63,181 nucleotides of DNA, filler included, from Thraustochytrium aureum (GCA_012862495.1; 7 parts of 5 records of this genome joined end to end with filler, not necessarily neighbours in it); one strand, 5' to 3'. Positions 11,108 through 22,928 are shown, counted from the first letter of the whole stretch. The notes: a model not told the origin generated them from the sequence alone. A program made the numbers and translations.

Positions 11108-12281
11108 CGGGGAGAAGGGAGCACAGCGGGCCCACAGAAAAGTTTTTGCGCAGAATGGCAGGACCGTCCCTCGCTTTGCCTGTGCGATGGCTCGGCGGAG
11201 AGAAAGCGTGCCAGGGACGACTGCGCAGAACGTCTGTATGGATTTGCAAGGCGCCCGGGCCGTCGAAGCACTGAACTCGCGGAAGGCGATTGCCCATCAG
11301 TCGCCCAGCGCTGTTGCAGATGCGCAGCAGAACTGCGCCGCTGCCGTAGCAGCCGGCGCCACGACGTTCGGGCAAACGATGAGCCAGGCCGTGGCGTCAT
11401 CGAACAGCCTCATCAGGCCCGCGCGCAGTCTCGACATCGTAAGCTCAATCCTTTGGCTCGCCAAGTTCGAGAGAGAGCGCTACTTTAGACATTACGAGAC
11501 CTGCTACAACGCAGTCGGTGCGATCTCGCCTTTCGCGGCCGCCAAGCTCGCAGAAATCAAAGCCGCTTGGAGTGTGGCAGAGTTGCGCCAGCACGCAGAC
11601 GGCAGACGTGCGTTCGAGGTCCGCTCTGCGTCTGGTCTGGCAAGTGAAGGATTTGCGGTCACCCTCACGGCGGCGCGCGGCGCGCCTCAGAGCCGGGAAA
11701 TTGGCGTTTTCCAGGGTGACAGCGACAACGAGGATGAAGCCAATGTCTCTGCGCCCGGCGCAGCGGGTTCGGTTGGCGATCATGCTTTTGGAAACCGCGG
11801 TGGTGCTGACGACGGCAGGGACCTGGATCAAGGCCGCAGCAACCAGAGAAGCAAGCTGGGCTCTGCTTCCGCAAGCGGTGGTTGCGGCGACGAACCTCGT
11901 AAGATTGAGCAGACACAGCGGGGACCTTGCGCTGTAGGATCGTGCTCGTGCGGGATCTGGAGTCGGGGGGCGCTCCCTTGCGAACACTTTCTTGCCGTGG
12001 CGTTGAGCAGAAAGCTTTCTCCTGGCGCTGTTGTACCGGCGTGCTTCCGCAGCGAGCACTATCGTATGCAGTACCCTGTCGACTTGGCGTTCCAAGTACC
12101 GACGCAGGACGATCTCACCGACTCGCGCTACTCGGCAATTGCCGACGCGAAGCTTCGCACCCCAGTCGCCGCGCCGGTGAAACGAGGGCGCCCCAAGCTC
12201 AAACGTGCTCGGGGCCCGCATGACATGTCACGGATGCACAAGGCCCGAAGGCATTGCAACAGTGAGAGCCAAGCGTTGTGA
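11108..12281 (+). mobile_element. Mutator-like (MULE) transposase, C-terminal part with SWIM zinc finger
   Basis: FGQTMSQAVASSNSLIRPARSLDI resembles the MULE 'T.N.AES.N..L..AR.LP' block; SWIM CSCGIWSRGALPCEH; basic KRGRPKLKR motif. The 5' part is cut by the scaffold edge. Confidence 0.65.
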
Positions 12282-12965
12282 AGTCGGGCGCAGGACAAAC
12301 GCACTTGNNNNNNNNNNNNNNNNNNNNNNNNNNNNNNNNNNNNNNNNNNNNNNNNNNNNNNNNNNNNNNNNNNNNNNNNNNNNNNNNNNNNNNNNNNNNN
12401 NNNNNNNNNNNNNNNNNNNNNNNNNNNNNNNNNNNNNNNNNNNNNNNNNNNNNNNNNNNNNNNNNNNNNNNNNNNNNNNNNNNNNNNNNNNNNNNNNNNN
12501 NNNNNNNNNNNNNNNNNNNNNNNNNNNNNNNNNNNNNNNNNNNNNNNNNNNNNNNNNNNNNNNNNNNNNNNNNNNNNNNNNNNNNNNNNNNNNNNNNNNN
12601 NNTGACTGGGTCCTTGTGGAGCTTGCACGCCTCCTGCGCAGGAGACGCGACCCCAGACCTCGCCTCATGCGCGCGCAACTCGTGCCCTGGTTCGCCTCCC
12701 CTCAACGCTGCCGACGCACGCTCGCTCGCAGCCCAGTGCTCTGCGGCGTGTCGCGTCTGCTCAGCCCCTTCGCTGATTGCGCCCATCTGTTTTCTGAATG
12801 GAGAGGCGGGGTGCGCACGTGCTCTCTTGAACGATTCAGGTGCACACCGCAACCCAGTAGTCTTTTTTCCAACACCCTAACCGTTTCTAACCCGCGCCCT
12901 AGGACAGTGTGGAGGCCGAGGGCGTCGCGCAGAGCCCCATCGCAGAGGCGCCCGCAGCGGCTCGG

Positions 12966-12996
12966 ACGCACGCACGCACGCACGCACGCACGCACG
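12966..12996 (+). repeat. (CGCA)n microsatellite
   Basis: Direct reading. Confidence 0.9.
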
Positions 12997-13248
12997 AACG
13001 CGCACCAGGCACGCAGGGAGGCATCCGCAGGTGCGCGCTGTTGCAGAGACAGGCGGGCGCAGAGGGAGCGGGACGCGCGCTCGTGCGGCGTTGGCGTCGC
13101 GGACGCTTGCGCCCTCCCGGTTCACCTCCTTGCCTCCCGGCCTTCCTGCCTCCGGTGGCCCCGCACCGCGGCCAAGCCTTGAGGCTCGAGGCGAGCGCGC
13201 AAGAAGGCCGAGCAGGAGGAGGCCGGCGCTGGCTGGGCTGCGGACGCG

Positions 13249-14915
13249 ATGGTGCTCCAGGACCTGGGGACGCAGATCAGCGATGCGCTAAAGAAGCTGA
13301 ACAAGGCCAAGGTGATCGACGAGGAGGCGATCGACGCGGTGCTCAAGGACATCGCGGCGGCGCTGCTGCGCAGCGATGTGAACGTCAAGGTGGTGGCGCG
13401 CGTGCGCGCCAATATCAAGGCGATGGCGATGGAGACCACGCAGATGGCCGGCACGAACCGCGTGCGGTCGATCGAGAAGGCCGTGTTCGAGGAGCTGGTC
13501 AACCTGGTGTCGCCCTCGACCAAGCCGTACGCGCCGAAGAAGGGGCGCGCGAACGTGTTCATGTTCGTGGGGCTGCAGGGGTCGGGGAAAACGACCACGA
13601 TCGCAAAGTTTGCCAACTACTGGGGCCCGCAAGGGCTGGAAGACGGCCATGGTGTGCTGCGACACGTTCCGCGCCGGCGCCTACGACCAGCTCAAGCAGA
13701 ACGCGATCAAGCTGCACGTGCCCTACTATGGCGACGTGACCGAGGCCGACCCGGTCAGGCTGGCCGAGGCGGGCACCAAGAGCTTTCGCGAAAAGGGCTA
13801 CGAGATCATCCTGGTGGACACGAGTGGGCGGCACCGGCAGGAGGCCGACCTGTTCGAGGAAATGGAGCAGGTCCGCGAGGTGGTGGACCCCGACGAGGTG
13901 ATCTTTGTGATGGACAGCACGATCGGCCAAGCGGTGGCCGAGCAGGCGGAGGCCTTCAAGTCGTCCGTCCCCGTGGGCAGCGTGATCATCACCAAGCTGG
14001 ACGGGCACGCCAAGGGCGGTGGTGCGCTGTCCGCGGTGGCGGCCACGGACGCGCCGATCACCTTTATCGGGACAGGGGAGCACTTTGACGAGTTTGAAAA
14101 GTTTGACGCGCGCGCCTTCGTGGGCCAGCTGCTCGGCAAGGGCAACATCAAGGGCTTTGTGGAGAAGATTCGCGACAACACCGATCTGTTCGGCGAGAAG
14201 GGGCAGCAGATGCAGGAGCGCCTGCTCAAGGGCCAGTTCACGCTGCGCGACTTTCGCGAACAGCTCTCGCAGATCATGAAGATGGGCAACATCTCGTCGC
14301 TGATGGGGATGATTCCGGGCATGAGCAACATCCTGCAAGGCCAGAGCCCGGACCACGCCAACAAGGCGTTCCGGACCTTTCTCACCTGCATGGACTCGAT
14401 GACCAACGACGAGCTGGACTGCGTGTACAGCACGCGCGAGCGCGACCCGGCCAACCCGGGCAAGTTTATCACCGTCCATGAGAAGGTCATGAACGAGAAG
14501 CGCATGCTGCGCATCGCGCGCGGGGCCGGCGTCCCCATCCAAGTCGTCTACCAGCTGGTGCAGACGCACAAGCAATTCGAGAAGATGTTTGGCAAGATGG
14601 GCAAGATGGGCGCCGGCAAGACGGACGCGGCCTTCTCGCAGATGAAGCGCAACCCGGCGATGGCCCAGCAGCTTTTGGCCAAGAGCATGGACCCGGCCAT
14701 GATCCAGCAGATGGGCGGCATGGGGTCCCTCATGAACATGATGAAAGGTGAGTTGGGGGTTGTCGGCGGCGTGCGGTTTCTTCCTGTGCTGACTTGTTGC
14801 TTGCGCTTGCGCCGCTCTAGGCATGAACATGGAGGACATGGCCAAGCAAATGGGGATGGGCGGCATGGGCGGCATGGGCGGCGCGGCAGGCCGAGGCCGT
14901 GGCCGAAGGAGGTAG
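13249..14915 (+). CDS. SRP54: Signal recognition particle 54 kDa subunit (frameshift near 13623; intron 14748-14820)
   Basis: MVLQDLG start; GLQGSGKTTT, DTFRAGA, DTSGRH and TKLDGHAKGGG motifs; Met-rich M domain. An extra G in 'tggggccc' causes the shift. A 73-nt GTGAGT...GCTGAC...CTAG intron restores GMNMEDMAKQMGMGGMGG...RRR*. Confidence 0.95.
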
Positions 14916-14920
14916 GCCGC

Positions 14921-15371
14921 GGCCGTGCCTGAAGGAGTTGGGCCGTGCCTGAAGGAGTTGGGCCGTGCCTGAAGGNNNNNNNNNNNNNNNNNNNNNNNNN
15001 NNNNNNNNNNNNNNNNNNNNNNNNNNNNNNNNNNNNNNNNNNNNNNNNNNNNNNNNNNNNNNNNNNNNNNNNNNNNNNNNNNNNNNNNNNNNNNNNNNNN
15101 NNNNNNNNNNNNNNNNNNNNNNNNNNNNNNNNNNNNNNNNNNNNNNNNNNNNNNNNNNNNNNNNNNNNNNNNNNNNNNNNNNNNNNNNNNNNNNNNNNNN
15201 NNNNNNNNNNNNNNNNNNNNNNNNNNNNNNNNNNNNNNNNNNNNNNNNNNNNNNNNNNNNNNNNNNNNNNNNNNNNNNNNNNNNNNNNNNNNNNNNNNNN
15301 NNNNNNNNNNNNNGGCCGTGCCTGGAGGAGGCAGGCCGTGCCTGGAGGAGGCAGCCGTGCCTGGAGGAGGC
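14921..15371 (+). repeat. ~20-bp minisatellite GGCCGTGCCTG(A/G)AGGAG(TTG/GCA) spanning an assembly gap
   Basis: About three units are visible on each side of the N run. Confidence 0.8.
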
Positions 15372-15629
15372 ACGCCGAGGCCTCATCGGTGGCCGGGCGG
15401 GTCCGAGGGGATGCGACAGACATGATTGGAAGCGGCTTGGCGAAGCGTTGCCCGGCGTTCAGCCGACTGTGAGATGGAACGGGGTTCTCGACTACGTTTC
15501 CCCTTCTCGTAGCGAGCCTAACCTTGAAAAGAAAGGGACAACCGAATTGCCTGCTCTGCGGCCGCCGTGGCGGCGCGCTTCGCTTTCATTCTTTCTACAT
15601 AGCTCCGCCGCGCAGCAGCGCGTGACTCT

Positions 15630-16669
15630 CTAGCAACGCTCAAAGATCTTGTACAAGACCTCGAGCGCCGCGATCTGGCGAAACACGCCGCTGTCCGGGT
15701 CGGCGTGCTCGAGGTAGGGGACCAGGTGCTTGCGCAGCGCCGGGAACAGGACGTTCTTCACGACAAAGCGCGGGTCGCGCTTGTCGTGCAGCCAGCGCTC
15801 GGCGTCGCCAGAGCCGGGCTCGGGCGGCGCGATGGGCGGAAACTGCGCAAAGAACGTGGCGAGCTCCATGGCCAGCGTGTCGAAGCAGCCCTCCTCGTCG
15901 TACCACTCGACCTGCTCGCACAGGCGGAGCAGAAACGGCCCGAGGCCCGCCGCCTGGGGCGCGTAGCCCGGAACGAGCTCCGGAAGCGACCGCAGCACGC
16001 CCGACTCGCGCTCGATACTCACGCGAAAGTACTCGTCGAGCATGTCAGCACGGGCCGTGAGAAACGCAGAGTATTTCACCGCTTGCGCGCGGAGCGCATC
16101 CTTGTCGGGCAGGGGCGAGCCGAGGCCGCCCGCGCGGCGCGCCTTGAGCTCTGCGCGGCGCGTCAGCGCTATCTCGAGCAACTCGACGAGGGGCACGGGG
16201 TGCTCAAGCACGACGCGGCTCGTGCACCCGAAGCGGCGCAGGGCCTGCTGGTAAAAGAGCTCCTTGCAGAGCTCTACATAGTCCATGACGTAGAGCCCAG
16301 TGTGGACCTGGACGAGGCAAAAGCACGAGTCGACCCAGCCCACAAAGACGAGGTCGGCAAGCATCTCTTTGAGCTTGTCGCTCTGGCGCGACTCGAAGCG
16401 GCGCACGAGCGTCTGCACACTGGACAGCTCGCGCGACTCTTCAGAGATCCGGTCGTCGAACGAGCCCTTGGGCATGGTGATGTGGTCGCCGGCGATGTGG
16501 CCGGTCTCCGGGGCGGCTGGGGGCGGATCGGCCGCCTCGCCGTCGGAGGCTAGTGGTGGCTCCCGAGCGGCGGCTTGCCCTTGCGCGGCCCGCTTGAAGT
16601 AGGCGTCGAGCTGCTTGGAGCGCGGGTCGGTGCGAACCAGTTTGTGCGGCTCGTACTTTTTCCTTTCAT
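15630..16669 (-). CDS. MLH1: DNA mismatch repair protein MLH1, C-terminal part
   Basis: KLVRTD motif; FVGWVD; ELFYQ; MLDEYF; invariant C-terminal KIFERC*. Confidence 0.93.
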
Positions 16670-16769
16670 NNNNNNNNNNNNNNNNNNNNNNNNNNNNNNN
16701 NNNNNNNNNNNNNTTAATTAATTAANNNNNNNNNNNNNNNNNNNNNNNNNNNNNNNNNNNNNNNNNNNN

Positions 16770-17589
16770 GCCATGTCAACAGCCCCTGCCCAACTGTCGT
16801 CTCGCCCCTCCGCATTCGGTTGTTCCACGCCGGCGCTCGATTCGCCTGCAGCCGGGGCGGGACGCTTGGCCTCCTTTTTCCGCAAGCAAGTCGCTATGCT
16901 TGGCATGACCTGCGAGCCGACCAACGGCAGCACGATTGGCACAACGATGGCGAGGACGATGTGGCCTGCTGAATCGGGCTGGTCTTTGAAGTATACGAAG
17001 GCAACCCACGACGAGGCGGTGACGAGGACGAAGAGAACCACCCACGCCGAGGTGACCACGTAGTTGAGCTTCAGAAAGGCAGCACTTGCCAGCTCCTCGT
17101 CGCTGATCTGGGGCTTGAGCCGAGCAAATTGCAAGGTGAACGGGGAGCAAACGACCATGGACAGCAGCGCCGCAGCAAGGATCCCGGAGGAGTTTACAGG
17201 CCCGACGATTTCGCAGTGGAGCGTCGCTACTTCGACCGCAATCCCTAGGGCGAGCAAGGATACAATAAGCCCCGCATCTAGCCACATCACCGGACTGAGG
17301 CGCTTGTTTGCCGTGTACTGGTACAGCTTAAGCAGGACGAGAAGCTCTCAACGGCGAACGCGCTCCATATGGCGGCTTTCAGCTCTTCGCATTCCAACGC
17401 AATTGCCAAAACAAAAGGCACCCAGTCGAGCAGGCTCCCGATCCGGCTGTCAAGCAGGTTGTTGATGTACGCGTGTCGCCCGCTCGAAACAGACACGTCG
17501 TACTTCCTCCAGGGAATCAGCGTGTCAAGCAGCTCAGTCAAACAGGCCTCGACATCGCTCGCGTCGCTCGCGTCGCTCGCTCGGCCCAT
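16770..17589 (-). CDS. Multi-pass membrane protein, paralog 1 (frameshift near 17345; 3' end at scaffold edge)
   Basis: Highly similar to 18478-19347 (HAYxNNLLDSRIG, SPVMWLDAGL, PFTxQFARLKP, FLKLNYVxT); about 6 hydrophobic segments. Confidence 0.75.
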
Positions 17590-18477
17590 TCGTCTCTGCG
17601 CGCGCGTCACTGCTCCGTGGCGTTTCGAGAAGGCGATTCAGGTCTGCCTGCGCCTTGAGCGCTCGAACTGATCCACTCCGGCAGACGAAGGTACCCTACT
17701 CTACTCGGTAACCAGTGGAAGTTGGTCTCTGCGAAGAGATCCTCGAGGACAGACAGGAGCAATTCAACTGCGCAGTTGCAAGTGCAAGTTGCAAGTTGCA
17801 ACGATCAGAAGTCAGCGCCGTCCAGCAACCCCCGCAATTTAGATTAGGGCGCCGAGAACCTGCTACTGGGCTGGGCTGGCGAGGCATGCTGCTGGGTTGG
17901 CTCTGACATAGCCGTTCATCTCGACGCGTCCGAAGTGACGAGGTCGAGCGCAGGAGGTCGGCCGGGCTGGGTTGACGAAGTCGAGAAGCTGAATTATGGG
18001 TTTATGGTTGGGGAGAAACGCGCCGACTTTCGTTACACCCCTATCGACGCAGACTGGTTTGATCCGCTCCTGGCAGGGACCCCGACGCTTTGATGAGGTC
18101 CAAGTGTTTCAAGTGATTCTTCTCGCTTTCGCTCGGGGAACGCGCCCTTGAGCTCTGAGCTGAGTGGAAAGGAACTCAAGTACTAGTACTAGGAAGCCAA
18201 TCCACAATGTTCTCTACTGTGTATCAATCCACGTCACCTGCCTTGTGCGGTTTCTCCGACAGCCCACTTCGAATACATCTCGCTCGCGGCGCAACGACTG
18301 CACAGACCTTCTGCTCTTGTTCTGAGCACTGTTGCCAGTCATGCCCTTATGAAGCAACTCTGTTGCTCCGGAGCGTATGATCTCCACAAGAGCAGCGGTG
18401 CTAGACCGTTCCTGCAGAATTTCACAGCAAGCAAGCTCTTGAATCTAACCAAGACCCTGGCTGCGTAGCCGGAGCGC

Positions 18478-19347
18478 TCAGGCACGGAGGAGCGGTTCTC
18501 TCTGGTCGTAAATCTCCTGCGCAAAGTAGCCCTCCTCGATCACGGCCTCCGCCCTCCCGTCGTCCACCGCCCCTTCCTCAGCTGTTTTCGCGATCGGCAG
18601 ATCTTCGCGCGAAGCGTCCGCAGGCCGTTTCGAGGAAGCACCACGGTTTCCTCGCTTTCGCAGACAGTCAACGACAAAGGGCATGATGAATACGCCGAGC
18701 ACTGGCAGTACAATTGGGACCACGATTGACAGAGCGATGTAGCCTGCCGAGCTTGTGTTGTCGCTAAAGAAAGCCCAGCCAAGCCACGAGGAGACGGCCA
18801 TGAGCGCGAAAAGGCCCACCCAGATAGACGTTAGCACGTAGTTGAGCTTGAGGAATTCGGCACTCGCCAGGACCTCGTCAGTGAGCTCGGGCTTGAGCCT
18901 TGCAAACTGCATCGTAAACGGCGAGCAGGCAGCCATGGACGCCAGCGCGGAGGCCAGAATGACCGAGACGTTGATCGGGCCGATTATGTGGCACGGCAGC
19001 ACCGTCACCTCGGCCGCTATGCCTTGACCAAGCAGGGCCAGGGCAAGCCCTGCGTCAAGCCACATCACCGGACTCTGCCTCCTGTTTGCAGTGAATTGGT
19101 AGAGCTTGAGCAGAATCACGAACACCTGGACGCCAAACGCGCTCCACACGGCCGCTTGCACGTTCGAGCACGCCAGCGCCATCACCAAAATGAACGGCAG
19201 CCAGTTGAGGACTCGGCCAATCCTGCTGTCAAGCAAGTTGTTCACGTACGCGTGCCGCTCGGCGGAGTCCGTCATGTCAAAGTTTCTCCACGGGATCAGC
19301 GTGCTGAGCAGCCCGCCCTGGCGCCGGTCCGCGCCGCCGCGCATCAT
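18478..19347 (-). CDS. Multi-pass membrane protein, paralog 2
   Basis: Intact ORF with about 6 TM segments. PFTMQFAR...EF..LNYVLTSIW resembles a motif I recall from uncharacterised bacterial membrane proteins. Confidence 0.8.
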   Translation of the reverse strand: MMRGGADRRQGGLLSTLIPWRNFDMTDSAERHAYVNNLLDSRIGRVLNWLPFILVMALACSNVQAAVWSAFGVQVFVILLKLYQFTANRRQSPVMWLDAGLALALLGQGIAAEVTVLPCHIIGPINVSVILASALASMAACSPFTMQFARLKPELTDEVLASAEFLKLNYVLTSIWVGLFALMAVSSWLGWAFFSDNTSSAGYIALSIVVPIVLPVLGVFIMPFVVDCLRKRGNRGASSKRPADASREDLPIAKTAEEGAVDDGRAEAVIEEGYFAQEIYDQREPLLRA

Positions 19348-20269
19348 TTCCGCCCTCGATCGAGATCGCGTCAATCCGCAGGGCAAGGTTCCAACCACTT
19401 CTCAAAATGCGTCGAGTCCACAAACCGTTTGGAGTCTGCCGCGCTGCTATGCCAGCGTCCGCTTCTGTGTTGCACGCAGTACAGGGTACTGAGTAACTCT
19501 ACTCGCTTGTGCAAGTTGCATCTCGTCGCTGGGCGCATCCAGCGCGTCCTTTGCAGAGTTCGGCGAGTAACGGGAGTTGAGCATCATTGTTTTGGCCCGC
19601 AGTTTTATCGACTCGCGCGCAAAACTGCTGGGGAGCAGAGGAGTTTCATTGCGAGAGACCATCACGGACCCGCTTTCGTGAAACGCTGATGCTTTGGCCG
19701 GGCCACGCCGCCGCGCATCGACCAACAACGATGCGCAAGAGCACTCTGATGAGCCTACACAAACAAACAGCTCTGCGTGGTCAGTAGGCCTACACTTCTG
19801 TCAGCGAGTTAGTACTCGAGCAGAGTCTCTACCTACGTACTCGTCCGTCAAAAGCGTTGCGCAGCCCGATGAGAGCGAGTGCGTGGGGGCATCTCTGCGC
19901 GCGACGGAGGCCGCATGCGAAGTGCCCCCAAACCAGTCCAGTAGGCACCAGACTGGCCAGTGACAACCAAAAGGCTAAAGATGGCGAACAGCCAACAATG
20001 AATGGCATTCCGGTGCTGACACAAAACGACTGTGACGACGACCACCCGTGGATCGGATAGCCGCGCCAAGCAAGCTCTTCGTGGAGCAGCCGAAGTGAAG
20101 AACAAAGGGTTGGCCTACTGCCGATGCGGCGCTTATGGAGGATTCTCGTCATCGCGTCTACTTGCTTTGCCGCAAACCACATCGAGTTGGACAAGGTTGG
20201 CGTAACCGACAAGCAAGCACCACGAGATCAAATCGTGACTTGTGTGACTATTAGTTGCGTGCACCGGAC

Positions 20270-21757
20270 TCAAAGGTCCAGGTTTTTGATCTTGCTCGCG
20301 GCGTTGCCGAGAATGTCGTCCACGCTGGACCCAAAGACGTCGTCGTGGTACGGGGAGAAGACAGCGTTGACCGCCCCAGAGAAGATCCCGGTGTGCCCCT
20401 TGGTCGTCATGCTCACCTCACTGCCTTGCCACTGAAAGTAGTAGAACTTGATGGTTGTGCTTCGGTCGTAGACCTCTTCGTTACGAAGCAGTCCGAACAT
20501 GATCTGGGCCGGCTTGAAGCAGTCGACCATCTCGTTGATCCCGCCGCTGCCCGAGCCGGCCAAAGCGAGCTTCACGTCCTTCTTCTCGCCTTCAAACCCG
20601 GCGACGACCCAGTTTGTGGCAGACGAGTCACTGCGCACGTCGGCGATGGCGACGAGGAGTTCTGCCTGGTCAGCAAAGGCGAGCCTTTGCGTCTCGCCCT
20701 TGACCCCGCCGAGAAACGTGCGCGTGTACTGCTTCTCAGGCTTGACCTCCTTCCGCGTGGTCACGTGCGACTTGGTGCCAGTGAGCGCCGCGATCTTTTC
20801 CAGGGCGATCTCCTCGCTGAGCTCGTCGCGCTCCGAGATGACAAAGTCCTGGTGGTACGGATGGAAGAGCGGGTTGACAGCCCCTTTGTGCGTCGACATT
20901 CGCGCCTTGACCATGGGCGGAATGTTGGGCGGCGTCCAGCACACGTAGCAAAACTTGGTGGCCACCGTCTTGTCGTACTGCTCCGTCACCCGGAACAGGC
21001 CGTACGCTGCCTGGGTGTCCTTGCACAGTGCAAGAAGCTCGCTCACGTCTCCGTCGCCCAGGCCGAGCAACCCAATCGTGTCCTTGGAGAGGTAGCCGGC
21101 CAGGCACCATCGGGTCGAGCTCGAGTCGTTGCGAACGTCGGCGATTGCGGCCCGAATTCCATCCTCGTCCTCAAAGTTGACGTTCGCGCCCTTCGGCGGC
21201 GCCTTGAGCTCCGCGCGCGAGTCGGGGGCCAGCTTGGCGGCTGCCGCGTCGCCTTTGCTACGACGCCAGCTCAACCTGCTGCCGCCGCCGAGGTAAAACA
21301 TCGAGGTCGACTTTTTCTCAGTGGTGTGGTCGGCCGTCATTGTGATCTGCTTGATCAGGTCGGCGAGGATCTCCTCGCTCACCTCATCCTTTGAGTTGAT
21401 GTCCATGTCTGTGTGATACGCGGAGAAGAGCTTTTTGACCTGGCCGTCGAACCGGCCGATCTTCATCTTGCGCTTCAGAGGGATCGAGTCGGGCCGCCAA
21501 ACGATAAACACGAACTTGGTCGTGTCTGCTTTGACGTGGCCGACCTGCTCCCACACGAACTGGGTGCGAACGAGGCCGTAGCAAATGTCCGAGTCCAGAA
21601 AGTGCGATTTCATCTCGTCCACGCCACCGGTTCCGACGGAGGCCACCGTCAGGGTGTCTTCATCGCTGTAGGCGGCAAGGCAGTAGTTCTCGGGGCTCTT
21701 GTCGTTTCGGACCTTGCTCAACGCCTCCTTCAGTTCGTCGGTCACCTTGAGGCTCAT
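20270..21757 (-). CDS. Actin-binding protein with three tandem coactosin-like ADF-H domains
   Basis: Three copies of A(I/L)xxVRxDxS...GxGG..E...(Y/F)GLxR...T.KF....W. Confidence 0.85.
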   Translation of the reverse strand: MSLKVTDELKEALSKVRNDKSPENYCLAAYSDEDTLTVASVGTGGVDEMKSHFLDSDICYGLVRTQFVWEQVGHVKADTTKFVFIVWRPDSIPLKRKMKIGRFDGQVKKLFSAYHTDMDINSKDEVSEEILADLIKQITMTADHTTEKKSTSMFYLGGGSRLSWRRSKGDAAAAKLAPDSRAELKAPPKGANVNFEDEDGIRAAIADVRNDSSSTRWCLAGYLSKDTIGLLGLGDGDVSELLALCKDTQAAYGLFRVTEQYDKTVATKFCYVCWTPPNIPPMVKARMSTHKGAVNPLFHPYHQDFVISERDELSEEIALEKIAALTGTKSHVTTRKEVKPEKQYTRTFLGGVKGETQRLAFADQAELLVAIADVRSDSSATNWVVAGFEGEKKDVKLALAGSGSGGINEMVDCFKPAQIMFGLLRNEEVYDRSTTIKFYYFQWQGSEVSMTTKGHTGIFSGAVNAVFSPYHDDVFGSSVDDILGNAASKIKNLDL

Positions 21758-22543
21758 TCGTCCTTCGACTCACGCAGCGTTGCGCAGTCTTTGCGTCCGA
21801 GCCAGGCTGAGGCGCCCGCGACCGCGCTGCCAGCGAGTTGCGCTCTGCCACCGCCGCCCAGGACCAGCCTCGCCGTTGGAAGACAGGCTTCTTGCACGAC
21901 GCGGCCGACGCCTGCAGGCCTGCCGGCCGATCCGGCCTACCTGCCCGCCCGCCTGCCTGCCTGTTCGCTGCCGACGCGTCTCGAGCCTCCCGACGAGCTT
22001 GCGTGCGTGGCTGCTCGGCTTGTCGTCGTGCGGCCTTCGAGTTGGGTCTGCTGCCTTCGAGTTGGTCGACCTCTCGACCTCTGCGAGGGCGATGTTGTGC
22101 ACTCGATCCACAAAACAACGAGGAGAAAAGGTGCACGAGAAGAAGAGTGCAAGTCGAGCGCCTCAAGAAAGCGCGACAGGCAAGACAGAAGAAATCGCCG
22201 TCCCTCTCCGAGCCAGGCTCTTCGTCCTCCTCCTCCTCACAGGCGAGCACGCACACCACGGAGTGGTGAGTGAGTGTGTAACGGGTAGGTCGTAACTACG
22301 TTGTATGCAGTCGTCGAACAGCTGCTGCGACCTGCATCATGATCGACCACGACGAATCTGACGCGGCTGACGAGCGATGATGAGGTTGCGAGCATTGGTG
22401 ATTGGATGGAAGTGTAAGTAACTCTACTACTTACTCGAGTACTGTACTTACTCTACTCGAGTACTTGTACGTCGTCGATCGACTCGGATGCCTTATGTGC
22501 GGCGGGTCGCTCGAGCGAGTTCTCGGGCAGTAGGTAGCGGCCG

Positions 22544-22928
22544 TCACAGCGACGAGGAAGGCGATCGGTTGTACTCGAGGGCCAGGACCCCGAGGCATGA
22601 TCCCGTCGACTCGTAGTACTTGAACGAGTCGATGTCAAAGAACTCCATCACCGAATGCACCAAGCAGAGCTTCGGCACGACCAAGTCCGGCTGCAGCTCC
22701 CGAACAAACCCGAACCGCTCCATGTCAGCGTCCGTGCGCAAAAGTGCAGAATCGAGCGCCTGCTTTACCGCAGGGCGCGAGATCACAGCGCCGTTGGCCG
22801 GCTCGGGCTCCGCAACAGCAGCGCCTGGCAGCCAAGCCACGGCCAGTCGACAAAGGTTGAAGGCGCTCGTCGCCCCGCCTATGGCGACAATCCGCCCCGT
22901 GCGCAACATCTCGCGCGTCTGCTCGGTA
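22544..22928 (-). CDS. C-terminal fragment, possibly Ppx/GppA-like (ASKHA fold); N-terminus lies in the gap
   Basis: IVAIGG motif and a VVPKLCLVHSVMEFFDID...TGSCLGVL ending recall Ppx/GppA C-termini; weak. Confidence 0.4.

Noticed and set aside
14921..15371. CRISPR-like array
   Set aside because: The units are head-to-tail with no unique spacers, there are no cas genes and the context is eukaryotic.
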